Assembly (NCBI GenBank): GCA_049515535.1
Contig: JBEKTZ010000001.1
Coordinates: 60,599-80,598 of the forward strand
Direction: 5' to 3'
DNA: 20,000 nt
Source of the DNA: Candidatus Aminicenantales bacterium
GTDB lineage: Bacteria > Acidobacteriota > Aminicenantia > Aminicenantales > UBA4085
In this document: positions 8,050 through 16,341 of the stretch, in pieces
How the letters are laid out: every line of letters starts with the position of its first letter
How positions within the stretch are numbered: position 1 is the stretch's first letter
Position numbers and translations under genes: made by a program
The notes under the pieces: generated by a model
What the model was told of the DNA's origin: nothing
The model's input: the letters and a program-made list of their open reading frames with translations, nothing else
Databases searched by the model: none

Positions 8050-9552
8050 ATGAAAAAGGTTGTCTGGATATCGCTGGCCAGTTTCTGCCTGGGCATCCTG
8101 CTGGCCGGTTATGTATTCGTCTATTTGCCTGAGAAGAACGCTCCCCAGAAGAGTTTTCTGGATAACCGAACGGCCCCCATCGGCGCCCACCTCTTCGCGG
8201 ACGCCCCGCAGGCGATCAAGCCCGATCTGGATTTCGTGAAAATCTCCGATAAGATCGGTCCGGCGGTCTTCAAGGTCGAATGCGAAAAAGTCGAGAGGCA
8301 GCAGATGGCGGGATTTCCCGACGGTCAAGGCGACGATTTTTGGAACAGGTTCTTCGGAAGCCCCCAGACGCGCCCCCAGAGCCAAAAAGTGACCGTCCAA
8401 GGGACGGGCTTTTTCATCAGCGCCGATGGCTACGCCATCACCAATAATCACATCGTGGAGAACGGCCAAAAGGTCAAAGTCTTTACCGTGCAGGGCGATG
8501 AATACGCGGCCAAGATCATCGGCACCGACTGGCGATCGGACGTCGCCCTGATCAAAGTCGAAGCCAAGAATCTGACCTTTGCCGAGCTCGGCGATTCGGC
8601 CCAGGCCAAAGTGGGCGAATGGGTGATGGCCATCGGCAACCCGCTCGGCATGGAGCATACCGTGACGGCGGGCATCGTCAGCGCCAAAGGCCGTCAGCTC
8701 GGCCTCGGCGACGGCAGCTACGAAGACTTTATCCAGACGGATGCCGCCATCAACCGCGGCAACAGCGGCGGCCCGCTCGTCAACATGAAGGGCGAGGTCA
8801 TCGGCATCAACAGCACCATTCTCATTCCGAACGCAACCGGCGGCAATATCGGCATCGGCTTCGCCATCCCCTCGAACATGGCCAAAAAAGTCGTGACCCA
8901 GCTCAAGGATAAGGGCAAGGTCATCCGCGGCTGGCTCGGCGTCGAAGTGGCGACCCTGCCGATCGATCAGGACACGCAGAAGCTCTTGAACCTGAAATCG
9001 AAGAAAGGCGCCTTGATCAACGGCGTGACCCAGGGCGGCCCGGCCGAAAAGGCCGGATTCAAGCCGTACGACGTCGTGGTCGAAATCGACGGGCAAGTGG
9101 TCGAAAACTCCAACGATCTGCGGATGAAGATCGCCGATGTCCCCCCGGGGACGAAAGTCGAATTCACGATCATCCGCGACGGCAAGGAAAAAACCCTCCC
9201 CGCGACGATCGCCGAGCTCGAAGACAACCGGCAAAAAACGAACGTCGCCGGAACGACCAAGGACATCGGCTTGACCGTCACCGCGTTGACCCCCAATCTG
9301 GCCCGGAGATACGGAATCCGGACGACCAAGGGCCTCTTGATCACCGACGTGGACAATAGCAGCGACGCCGCCCGCAAGGGCCTTCAGCCCGGCGACATCA
9401 TTCTCGAAGTCAACCGGGAAATCGTAACCACCGAGGAACAGTGGGACAGCATCATCAATAAGAAGAAATCGGGAGATGCCCTCCTCCTCCGCATCCGCCA
9501 TGAGGCCGACGGACAATCGCAAGATCTCATCGTCACCATCAAGATCCCCTAA
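8050..9552 (+). CDS. htrA: HtrA/DegP/DegQ (Do-family) serine protease with two PDZ domains
   Basis: N-terminal hydrophobic anchor. GTGFFIS, TNNH (His), SDVALIK (Asp), IQTDAAINRGNSGGPL (Ser). PDZ1 RGWLGV..PAEKAG and PDZ2 IGLTV..GLQPGDII. SD GGAGG. Confidence 0.95.
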   Translation: MKKVVWISLASFCLGILLAGYVFVYLPEKNAPQKSFLDNRTAPIGAHLFADAPQAIKPDLDFVKISDKIGPAVFKVECEKVERQQMAGFPDGQGDDFWNRFFGSPQTRPQSQKVTVQGTGFFISADGYAITNNHIVENGQKVKVFTVQGDEYAAKIIGTDWRSDVALIKVEAKNLTFAELGDSAQAKVGEWVMAIGNPLGMEHTVTAGIVSAKGRQLGLGDGSYEDFIQTDAAINRGNSGGPLVNMKGEVIGINSTILIPNATGGNIGIGFAIPSNMAKKVVTQLKDKGKVIRGWLGVEVATLPIDQDTQKLLNLKSKKGALINGVTQGGPAEKAGFKPYDVVVEIDGQVVENSNDLRMKIADVPPGTKVEFTIIRDGKEKTLPATIAELEDNRQKTNVAGTTKDIGLTVTALTPNLARRYGIRTTKGLLITDVDNSSDAARKGLQPGDIILEVNREIVTTEEQWDSIINKKKSGDALLLRIRHEADGQSQDLIVTIKIP

Positions 9553-10404
9553 ATGAAGAAATTCACGAAATTCCATTCCCTGGGAAACGATTTTCTCATC
9601 ATCGACCGGGATGAAGTGACAGAGCTCGCGGATATCGCCGACCTGGCCCGCAAGATCTGCGAGCGCCACACGGGGGTGGGCGCCGACGGATTGCTCGTGA
9701 TTTCGGTCACCGACAAGCCTCGGGGCATCGTCAGCTTCCGGATCTTCAACGCCGATGGGTCCGAAGCCGAAATATCCGGCAACGGGCTGCGCTGCGCCGC
9801 GGCCTTCCTTTATGACCAGAAGAAGATCGAAACGGCCAAGATCCTGTTCCAGACGACCGCCGGCGATCGCGAATGCGAGCTGGTCGAAGAACAAGAGTGT
9901 CGATACTTGATCAAGATCGATCTCGGCGCGCCCCGGCTGACGTCGCGAGAGATCCCTTTCGACGACGGTTCGTTCCATGAGCGGATCATCGACTATCCCC
10001 TCATGATCAATCAGAGGGTCTATCCGATCACGGTCGTCTCCATAGGCAACCCGCATTGCGGCGTATTCGTCGACCGCTTCCCGGCCCGCATCGAATGGCA
10101 CGAGATCGGCCGGGAAATCGAACGCCACCCGTTCTTTCCCAACCGGACGAACATCGAGTTCATCCGGGTGCACAACCGCAAGGAGATCGAGGTTCTCTTC
10201 TGGGAACGCGGGGTCGGCGAGACGCTGTCCTCGGGCAGCGGTTCGACGGCGGCCGCGGTGGCGTCGATCCTGAAAAATTATACGGACAAAAAAGTCACGG
10301 TCAAAACCAGCATGGGCCAGGTCCTCGTCGAATGGGAAAAGGACAAGGTCTTCCAGACGGGGCCGGCCGAGTTCGCCTTCACCGGCTCATTCATGTTCAA
10401 ATAA
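9553..10404 (+). CDS. dapF: Diaminopimelate epimerase (DapF) homologue with Ser/Ser in place of both catalytic Cys
   Basis: KFHSLGNDF, GVGADG, IFNADGSEAEISGNG, VSIGNPH, RTNIEF, WERGVGETLSSGSG, TGPA. The ATG directly abuts the htrA stop (TAAATG). Confidence 0.85.
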   Translation: MKKFTKFHSLGNDFLIIDRDEVTELADIADLARKICERHTGVGADGLLVISVTDKPRGIVSFRIFNADGSEAEISGNGLRCAAAFLYDQKKIETAKILFQTTAGDRECELVEEQECRYLIKIDLGAPRLTSREIPFDDGSFHERIIDYPLMINQRVYPITVVSIGNPHCGVFVDRFPARIEWHEIGREIERHPFFPNRTNIEFIRVHNRKEIEVLFWERGVGETLSSGSGSTAAAVASILKNYTDKKVTVKTSMGQVLVEWEKDKVFQTGPAEFAFTGSFMFK

Positions 10405-10413
10405 GAGGATCGT

Positions 10414-12801
10414 TTATTTCCCCTTCTTCAGCGCCCGGGCGAAGACTTCTTTGATTTCGTCGACGAAAATGAACTCCATCTCCTTGGCGATGACTTTGGG
10501 GATGTCGATGAGGTCTTTTTTATTGGCCGCCGGCAGGATCATCTTTTTCACGCCCGCCCTCTGAGCGGCCAGCACTTTTTCCTTCACCCCGCCGATCGGA
10601 AGCACGTGCCCCCGGAGCGTGATCTCGCCGGTCATGGCCACGTCCCAGCTGATCTTTCTGCTGGTGCAGACCGAGATCAGCGCGGTCGCCATCGTGATGC
10701 CGGCTGAAGGGCCGTCCTTGGGAATGGCGCCCTCGGGAATATGGATATGGAAATCGTTCTGGGAAAAGATCTTGATGTCGATCCCGAGCTCCTTGGCATG
10801 GGCGCGAGCGTAGCTGAGCGCCGCATGGGCGGACTCTTTCATGACGTCCCCCAGAGACCCGGTGAGGAGCAGGCCCCCCTTTCCTTTCATCTTCGTCGCT
10901 TCCACGAAGAGCACTTCTCCCCCGGCTTCCGTCCAGGCCAGGCCCGTGGCCACGCCGACCTGGTCCTTCTTCTGGACCTGGTCCCTGAAGATCTTGGGCG
11001 GACCGAGATAAGCTTCGACATTCTGCGACGTGATCTTGTTCATTCGCCGCTTGCCTTCGGCCACCTTGCGCGCGATTTTCCGGCAGACCGCCGCAAGTTC
11101 CCGCTCGAGGTTCCGCACCCCGGCCTCCCGCGTATAAAGGGAGATGATCTTCTTGATCGCGCCGATCGTCAGCTGGATGAGCTTGGACGTCAGGGCGTTT
11201 TCCCTGATCTGCTTGGGAACGAGGTGTTGGACGGCAATCTCGAGCTTTTCCTCTTCCGTGTACCCCGGAAGCTGGATGACTTCCATCCGGTCCCGGAAGG
11301 CCGGTTGGATCGGATCGAGAAGATTCGCCGTCGTTATGAACATGACCTTGGACAGGTCGAACGGCACGCCGAGATAGCTGTCCCGGAACGAATAGTTCTG
11401 CTCCGGGTCCAGGACTTCGAGCAGGGCCGAGGAGGGGTCGCCGCGAAAATCGGCGCCGATCTTGTCCACCTCGTCCATCATGAAAACGGGGTTATTCGAT
11501 CCGGCCCGCCGCAAACCCTGGATGATGCGGCCGGGGAGCGCGCCGACATACGTCCGGCGATGGCCGCGGATTTCAGCCTCGTCGCGAACGCCGCCGAGCG
11601 AGATGCGGATGAACTCCCGGCCGAGGGCCCGGGCGATCGATTTGCCGAGGGACGTTTTTCCGACGCCCGGAGGTCCGACAAAACAGAGAATGGGACCTTT
11701 GATCTTTTTCGACAGGGTCCGAACCGCCAGGTATTCGAGGATTCGCCCTTTCACTTTGTGCAGACCGTAATGGTCTTCATCGAGGATCCGCTTGGCCTTC
11801 TTCAAATCGAGATTGTCAACGGTGCTTTTGTTCCAGGGCAGGGCGACCATCCAGTCCAGGTAATTGCGCACGACGGTCGTTTCGGCCGACTCGGGATGCA
11901 TCTGGGCCAGGCGGCTGATTTGCTTTTCGAGCTCCTCGCGGACTTCATCGGAGACCTTGAGCTTTTTCAAGATATCCTGGTAGCCTTTGATCTCTTCCTG
12001 GAGCTCGTTGCCTTCGCCGAGCTCCTTTTGGATCGCTTTCATCTGCTGCCGCAGGAAATACTGGCGCTGGAGCTTGTCCATTTCGCCTTTCGCCTCGGTG
12101 CTGATGCGCGACTGGACGTCCAGGATTTCCAACTCCTTGGCCAGGAGCTCGTAGACTTTTTTCAGACGCTGGACGGGGTTCGTGATCTCCAAGATGGCCT
12201 GAGCCTCGCTGACTTTGAGTTCAAGGTTGGCCGCGGTCAGGTCGGCCAGACGTCCCGGCTCATCGACATTCGTGGCGATGATCAGGACTTCGGGTGGAAG
12301 GTTCTTCCCGAGCGAGGTGGCCTTTTCGAGACCCGTCCGGACGTTTCGGACAAGCGCTTCGCTCTCGAGCGTTTTTTCCGCCGCCTCGGGCTCCTGGATA
12401 ATCGTGACCTGGGCCGTCAAATGCCCGTTTTCTTCCTCGAAGCTCTCGATCCTGGCCCGGCTCAGGCCCTGGGCCAGGATCCGGATCCGGCCGTCAGGCA
12501 GCTTGAGCATCCTCATGATCAGGGCAACCGTGCCCATGTCGTAAACCTCTTCTCTTTTGGGATCTTCCGTCTCCGTGTCCTTCTGGGTCAGGAGGAGGAC
12601 CATCCGGTGCGAAGAAAGCGCCTGGTCGATCGCGTTTTTGGATTTTTCGCGGCCGACGAAAAGGGGCACGATCATATAGGGAAAAACGACGATGTCGCGC
12701 AGGAGCAGGATGGGAAGCTTTTGGGGGATGTTCAGCTTCTGTTCTTTCTCTTCGATGATATCGTCGATTGGGCCGTCGGCTTTGGTGTCTTTCTCAGCCA
12801 T
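10414..12801 (-). CDS. lon: ATP-dependent protease La (LonA)
   Basis: LON N-domain ([13 protein letters not shown]), Walker [10 protein letters not shown], Walker B MMDEVDK, catalytic PKDGPSAG and GGVKEK. SD GGAGG. Confidence 0.97.
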   Translation of the reverse strand: MAEKDTKADGPIDDIIEEKEQKLNIPQKLPILLLRDIVVFPYMIVPLFVGREKSKNAIDQALSSHRMVLLLTQKDTETEDPKREEVYDMGTVALIMRMLKLPDGRIRILAQGLSRARIESFEEENGHLTAQVTIIQEPEAAEKTLESEALVRNVRTGLEKATSLGKNLPPEVLIIATNVDEPGRLADLTAANLELKVSEAQAILEITNPVQRLKKVYELLAKELEILDVQSRISTEAKGEMDKLQRQYFLRQQMKAIQKELGEGNELQEEIKGYQDILKKLKVSDEVREELEKQISRLAQMHPESAETTVVRNYLDWMVALPWNKSTVDNLDLKKAKRILDEDHYGLHKVKGRILEYLAVRTLSKKIKGPILCFVGPPGVGKTSLGKSIARALGREFIRISLGGVRDEAEIRGHRRTYVGALPGRIIQGLRRAGSNNPVFMMDEVDKIGADFRGDPSSALLEVLDPEQNYSFRDSYLGVPFDLSKVMFITTANLLDPIQPAFRDRMEVIQLPGYTEEEKLEIAVQHLVPKQIRENALTSKLIQLTIGAIKKIISLYTREAGVRNLERELAAVCRKIARKVAEGKRRMNKITSQNVEAYLGPPKIFRDQVQKKDQVGVATGLAWTEAGGEVLFVEATKMKGKGGLLLTGSLGDVMKESAHAALSYARAHAKELGIDIKIFSQNDFHIHIPEGAIPKDGPSAGITMATALISVCTSRKISWDVAMTGEITLRGHVLPIGGVKEKVLAAQRAGVKKMILPAANKKDLIDIPKVIAKEMEFIFVDEIKEVFARALKKGK

Positions 12802-12814
12802 ATTTTCCTCCGCT

Positions 12815-13267
12815 TCAATCCTTGCCTTTTTGAATATTCACGATGACATCCCGGTCTTTGGCTTCTCTGAGCTTTTTGAGACGGATCGTCAAAACGCCGT
12901 TTTCGAGATAAGCCCTGGCCTTGTCCGGATCTACGGCGCGGGGCAGCGGCACCGATCGCTGGAAATTGCCGTATTCGCGCTCCAGGCGCAAGTAGCGCCC
13001 GCTTCCTGAAGCCGGCGTTTCCTTTTTCAGGCCCTTGATCTCGATCCGGCTCATATGGAGCGAAATGACGATTTCCCGCGCCGATAATCCGGGCACTTCG
13101 GCCTCGACGATGATTTGATCGTCCTTCTCATAGACGTCGATGCGCGGACTCCAGCCGCCCTGGAGCTCCAAAATCTCGCGGAGCTCGGAATAAGGACGCC
13201 TTATCATGGGCCGGATTTCGCCCTCGATCTTCACGACGTGAACGATGGGCCGGATGCGCTTGATCAT
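12815..13267 (-). CDS. Small heat-shock protein (Hsp20/alpha-crystallin family)
   Basis: PRIDVYE, EAEVPGL, EREYGNFQRSVPLP, AYLENGVLTIRLKK. Ends 13 nt upstream of lon. Confidence 0.92.
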   Translation of the reverse strand: MIKRIRPIVHVVKIEGEIRPMIRRPYSELREILELQGGWSPRIDVYEKDDQIIVEAEVPGLSAREIVISLHMSRIEIKGLKKETPASGSGRYLRLEREYGNFQRSVPLPRAVDPDKARAYLENGVLTIRLKKLREAKDRDVIVNIQKGKD

Positions 13268-13316
13268 GGTCTCATCCCCTGGTCAAACCTCTGATATCGA
13301 CATCTCCAAATCGGGC

Positions 13317-13361
13317 ATTTTACCATCCCAAGATCAGCCTTCGTCAAATCTTGAGATTTGA
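13317..13361 (-). promoter_or_regulatory. Candidate hsp20-lon promoter with overlapping palindromic operator
   Basis: Minus strand reads TTGACG (13347-13342)-19 nt ending TGg-TAAAAT (13322-13317). Perfect inverted repeat TCAAATCT-TG-AGATTTGA at 13344-13361 overlaps the -35. Confidence 0.45.
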
Positions 13362-13379
13362 GGATCGATCCCCAAAGCG

Positions 13380-13835
13380 TTATTTTTCCTTGAGGAGAGT
13401 CTCCAGTTCCTGTTTGAATTCCATGACGTCACGAAATTCCCGGTAAACGGAGGCAAAGCGGACATAAGCCACTTTATCCAGGGCCTTGAGCTTGTCCATC
13501 ACGAACTGGCCGATCTCCGCCGCCTTCAGTTCCTTTTCCGGCCGTTCCTGGAGTTTGGATTCGATTTCCTCGATGATCTCCTCGAGCTTGTTGACGGCTA
13601 TGGGCCTTTTTTCGCAGGCCCGGAGCATGCCGCGCAAGAGCTTCTGCGGGTCGAAAAGCTGCCGGGAACCGTCCTTTTTGACGATCATATAGGGGATCTC
13701 TTCGATTTTCTCGTAGGTCGTGAACCGGCGGGCGCAGGCCAAGCATTCCCGACGCCGCCGGATCGAGACGCCTTTTTTGCTTTCCCTGGAATCGATGACC
13801 TTGCTTTCCAAGTGGCCGCAATAGGGGCATCTCAT
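13380..13835 (-). CDS. nrdR: Transcriptional repressor NrdR (Zn ribbon + ATP cone)
   Basis: MRCPYCG..SKVIDSR..IRRRRECLAC..RFTTYE..VKKDG..DKVAYVRFASVYREF. The true start is ATG 13835, overlapping the upstream stop (ATGA). Confidence 0.96.
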   Translation of the reverse strand: MRCPYCGHLESKVIDSRESKKGVSIRRRRECLACARRFTTYEKIEEIPYMIVKKDGSRQLFDPQKLLRGMLRACEKRPIAVNKLEEIIEEIESKLQERPEKELKAAEIGQFVMDKLKALDKVAYVRFASVYREFRDVMEFKQELETLLKEK

Positions 13836-14863
13836 GGCTTGTCCGTCTCTCCGAGTTTTTTCAACTGAAACAACGTCAGACCCTCTTTCCATAATATAAC
13901 ATAACCGACGAGGCAATTCATCACCAACTGGATGGCGTGAACGACGACGGTCAGGCCGACGGCAAGATTGGGATCGAGATGGAAAAGCTGGGTCAAGCCG
14001 AACTGGCTGAAGGAATGGAACCCGCCGATCATGCCCGGCGTCGGAATGGACGCCCCGATCATCGTCAGGAAGATGTAGGGAATGAGGAAAAAGAACGGGA
14101 TGTTCACCCGGTAGGCCAGGAAAAAAACCCAATAAAAGAAAATGATGCCGAGCCAGACGACAAACGATAATCCTATATATATCAGCAAGTTACCAAGAGA
14201 ATGAAAGAATTTCAGCCCATCGATGAACTCGTGGAGCAGGATCAAAATCCTGCCGACCGGTTTCTGGGGAAACGGCTTCAATATTCGGGCCGTCAAGCTC
14301 AAGGCTTTTTCCTTGAAAAAATAAAAAAGGAGGCTCACGATGAGCAGAATGGAGGCGAAAGCCACGCCGACGATCCCCCAGAGGTAGAGCTTCGAATATG
14401 TCTCCGCCTGGATCTTGAACGTCGCCGCATAGAGAGGCTTGGCCAGCAGGAAAACGCCCAGGAGAAAGCACATGGTGAACATATCGAAAATCCGCTCGAC
14501 GATCACCGTGCCCACGACGAACCCGGGCCGGACGCCCTCTTTTTTGGCCACATAGAGGGGTTTGACGAGTTCTCCCAGCCGCCCTGGGAGAAGGAAGGTC
14601 ACGGTGAATCCGACGGCGTTGCCGGCGAAAAGGTTGTAGAATTTCACGTCCTTTTTTTCATGAATCAGCAGATATTTCCAGCGCAGCGCGCGCGTCAGGA
14701 GATGAAGCGGCGTCAGCAATATCGCCAGGGCGAAAATCGCGATATTCGCGTGGGTCAGCGAGCGCCAGACTTCCCCCCAATCCTTGACGCTATGGAAAAA
14801 AAAGAACAAGAGGATTCCGGTGATAAGGAGAACCACGGCCAGACGAACCCATGTTTTCTTCAT
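13832..14863 (-). CDS. Lysylphosphatidylglycerol-synthase TM region / UPF0104 flippase-like membrane protein
   Basis: Polytopic, 343 aa. Family motifs RALRWKYLL, LLPGRLGELVK, VIVERIFD, IPTPGMIGGF. Confidence 0.85.
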   Translation of the reverse strand: MKKTWVRLAVVLLITGILLFFFFHSVKDWGEVWRSLTHANIAIFALAILLTPLHLLTRALRWKYLLIHEKKDVKFYNLFAGNAVGFTVTFLLPGRLGELVKPLYVAKKEGVRPGFVVGTVIVERIFDMFTMCFLLGVFLLAKPLYAATFKIQAETYSKLYLWGIVGVAFASILLIVSLLFYFFKEKALSLTARILKPFPQKPVGRILILLHEFIDGLKFFHSLGNLLIYIGLSFVVWLGIIFFYWVFFLAYRVNIPFFFLIPYIFLTMIGASIPTPGMIGGFHSFSQFGLTQLFHLDPNLAVGLTVVVHAIQLVMNCLVGYVILWKEGLTLFQLKKLGETDKP

Positions 14864-14875
14864 ATTAAGCGCATC

Positions 14876-14904
14876 ATCTTATCATTTTCGCGTTCTTTTT
14901 TGAA
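14876..14904 (-). promoter_or_regulatory. Candidate promoter for the flippase-like gene-nrdR operon
   Basis: Minus strand reads TTCAAA-17 nt ending TGa-TAAGAT, 12 nt before an ATG that has no SD. Confidence 0.45.
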
Positions 14905-14946
14905 GAGGGACCGGGCCGGCCGGCAAGGTCTCATCCCCGTTTTTCC

Positions 14947-15138
14947 GGATTTTTCGACGAGCGGTTGATATGCCCCGTGGCAAGCCACGGGGAACCGCTC
15001 GTAGAGGGATCCAAGGGGGAGCCGCCCCCTTGGTCGCAGGGCGGGGTTTCATGCCCCGCCCGAGAAAGGGAGGCAGGGCGACCGGGTCTTCCCGGTGCCC
15101 GTTGGAAGGGGGAAACGCGAAGCGGGTTCCCCCTCCAA
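14947..15138. repeat. Array of five consecutive GC-rich hairpins (palindromic element or structured ncRNA)
   Basis: A: ACGAGCGGTT..CCCCGTGGC-AA-GCCACGGGG-AACCGCTCGT (14957-15002). B: CCAAGGGGG-AGCCG-CCCCCTTGG (15011-15033). C: GGGCGGGGT-TTCAT-GCCCCGCCC (15039-15061). D: GGGCgACCGGG-TCTT-CCCGGTGCCC (15076-15100). E: TTGGAaGGGGGAA..CGC-GAA-GCG..TTCCCCCTCCAA (15102-15138). Confidence 0.55.
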
Positions 15139-15144
15139 ATTGAC

Positions 15145-15173
15145 TTGAATATCGGCCTGAAATTTATTATCAT
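15145..15173 (+). promoter_or_regulatory. Candidate sigma70 promoter of tRNA-Gln
   Basis: TTGAAT (15145-15150)-17 nt-TATCAT (15168-15173), ending 10 nt before the tRNA 5' end. Confidence 0.65.
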
Positions 15174-15183
15174 AGCGGCTCGC

Positions 15184-15254
15184 TGGGAAGTCGTCCAACG
15201 GCAGGACTCATGACTCTGGATCATGAAATCAAGGTTCGAATCCTTGCTTCCCAG
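15184..15254 (+). tRNA. tRNA-Gln, anticodon CTG
   Basis: Acceptor stem TGGGAAG/CTTCCCA (U1-A72). D arm GTC-CAACGGCAG-GAC. Anticodon arm CATGA-CTCTGGA-TCATG. T arm CAAGG-TTCGAAT-CCTTG. Discriminator G. CCA is not encoded. Confidence 0.96.
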
Positions 15255-15340
15255 CTCTTCATATCCCGCAGACCACGCCTTTAAAGCGCTCAAATTTCAG
15301 GAATTCCGGTTCCAAGCTCCGTTTTCAGCCTCTCCTCCAG

Positions 15341-15369
15341 TTGACGCCAAAGCCGAATTCATATATTGT
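15341..15369 (+). promoter_or_regulatory. Candidate sigma70 promoter of the MinD-like/J-HTH operon
   Basis: TTGACG (15341-15346)-17 nt-TATTGT (15364-15369) in an AT-rich intergenic stretch. Confidence 0.55.
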
Positions 15370-15402
15370 AAAATGTTCATAACTACTGCATTTTGAACGA
15401 AA

Positions 15403-16341
15403 ATGACGCTTACAACGAAGATTAAAGAAGGCGAAATCTGGGCCGTCGGAGGAGGAAAAGGCGGCACCGGAAAAAGCTTCATCACGAGCAGTATCGGCAC
15501 TTATCTCGCCAGGAAAGGGAAGAACGTCGTCCTCGTGGATATGGACATCGGCGGGGCCAACCTCCATTCGTTCTTCGGCATCAACCGTCCCCAAAAATCC
15601 CTGACCAGCTTCTTCGAGATGGGCGCTTCGCTCTCCGACCTCGTGGTCAAGACGGACACGGACAATATTTCCCTGATTTCGGGGGACGTCCATTCCATCG
15701 CTTCGGACAAGATCACCTTCTCCCAGAAGCTCAAGCTCTTCCGCCAGATCATGAAAATCAATGCCCAGAACGTGATCATCGACCTCGGCGCCGGCAGCCA
15801 CTACAACACGCTCGACACTTTTCTTATCGCCGATCGGATGGTCGTGGTCCTGGTTCCCGAAGTGATCGCCATCGAGAACATGTACCATTTCGTCAAGAAT
15901 TCGCTGTTCAGGAAGGTCAAGAAGACGCTCAAGGAATACGGATTCAAAGAGATCGTCCAGCACATCTGGGATCGCCGCCAGAGTTATGGGATCACCAATA
16001 TCCGGGAGCTGATCGACTATCTCAAGGAGAGCTTTTCCTACATCGGCACGATCTTGGACCACGAATTGGCCTCGTTCAAGATTCATCTCGTCCTCAACAT
16101 GGTCCGGAACAACAACGACATTCTCCTGGGCATGTCGATCAAAAGCGTCATGACGAAATATCTGGGGATTCCCATCGAGTATTCCGGCTACATCGAATAT
16201 AACGACGCCGTCTGGAAATCGGTCCGTGAACGAAAACCGTTCATGCTGAACTATCTGGCCTCGAGCTGCGCAAAAGAGATCGAGAGTTTCGTGGACAACG
16301 TCATCAAAGGCAAGGAAGTCAGCCTGCCGGGAGGCTATTGA
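15403..16341 (+). CDS. MinD/FlhG/ParA-superfamily (SIMIBI) ATPase
   Basis: Deviant Walker A GGGKGGTGKS, DMDIGGANL, IDLGAG, VLNMV, DAVWKSVRERKP. Confidence 0.88.
   Translation: MTLTTKIKEGEIWAVGGGKGGTGKSFITSSIGTYLARKGKNVVLVDMDIGGANLHSFFGINRPQKSLTSFFEMGASLSDLVVKTDTDNISLISGDVHSIASDKITFSQKLKLFRQIMKINAQNVIIDLGAGSHYNTLDTFLIADRMVVVLVPEVIAIENMYHFVKNSLFRKVKKTLKEYGFKEIVQHIWDRRQSYGITNIRELIDYLKESFSYIGTILDHELASFKIHLVLNMVRNNNDILLGMSIKSVMTKYLGIPIEYSGYIEYNDAVWKSVRERKPFMLNYLASSCAKEIESFVDNVIKGKEVSLPGGY

Noticed and set aside
7987..10173. 728-aa - strand ORF spanning htrA and dapF
   Set aside because: Antisense shadow. It runs across both genes only because they abut in the same frame. No domain signal.
10741..12846. 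701-aa + strand ORF
   Set aside because: Antisense shadow of lon with no independent coding evidence.
13281..13348. GGTCAAA/CGTCAAA heptamers resembling CtsR half-sites upstream of hsp20
   Set aside because: CtsR sites are direct repeats 3 nt apart; these are about 60 nt apart.
13836..14132. 99-aa N-terminal extension of NrdR in the ORF track
   Set aside because: It overlaps the upstream membrane gene in another frame. NrdR canonically starts at MxCPxC.
14947..15138. Possible 6S RNA, SRP RNA, T-box or CRISPR array
   Set aside because: It consists of separate local hairpins, not one long rod with a central bubble. No SRP or T-box consensus was recognised, and there are no direct repeats with spacers.
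14931..15293. Short ORFs (120 aa minus, 82 aa plus) over the hairpin array and tRNA
   Set aside because: They overlap a clear tRNA and palindromic DNA and have no protein-like features.
15356..15371. Partial NrdR-box-like sequence (AATTCATATATTGTAA)
   Set aside because: Only the ATATATTGT part matches, there is no tandem second box, and the downstream gene is not a ribonucleotide reductase. It is better explained as the -10 region.
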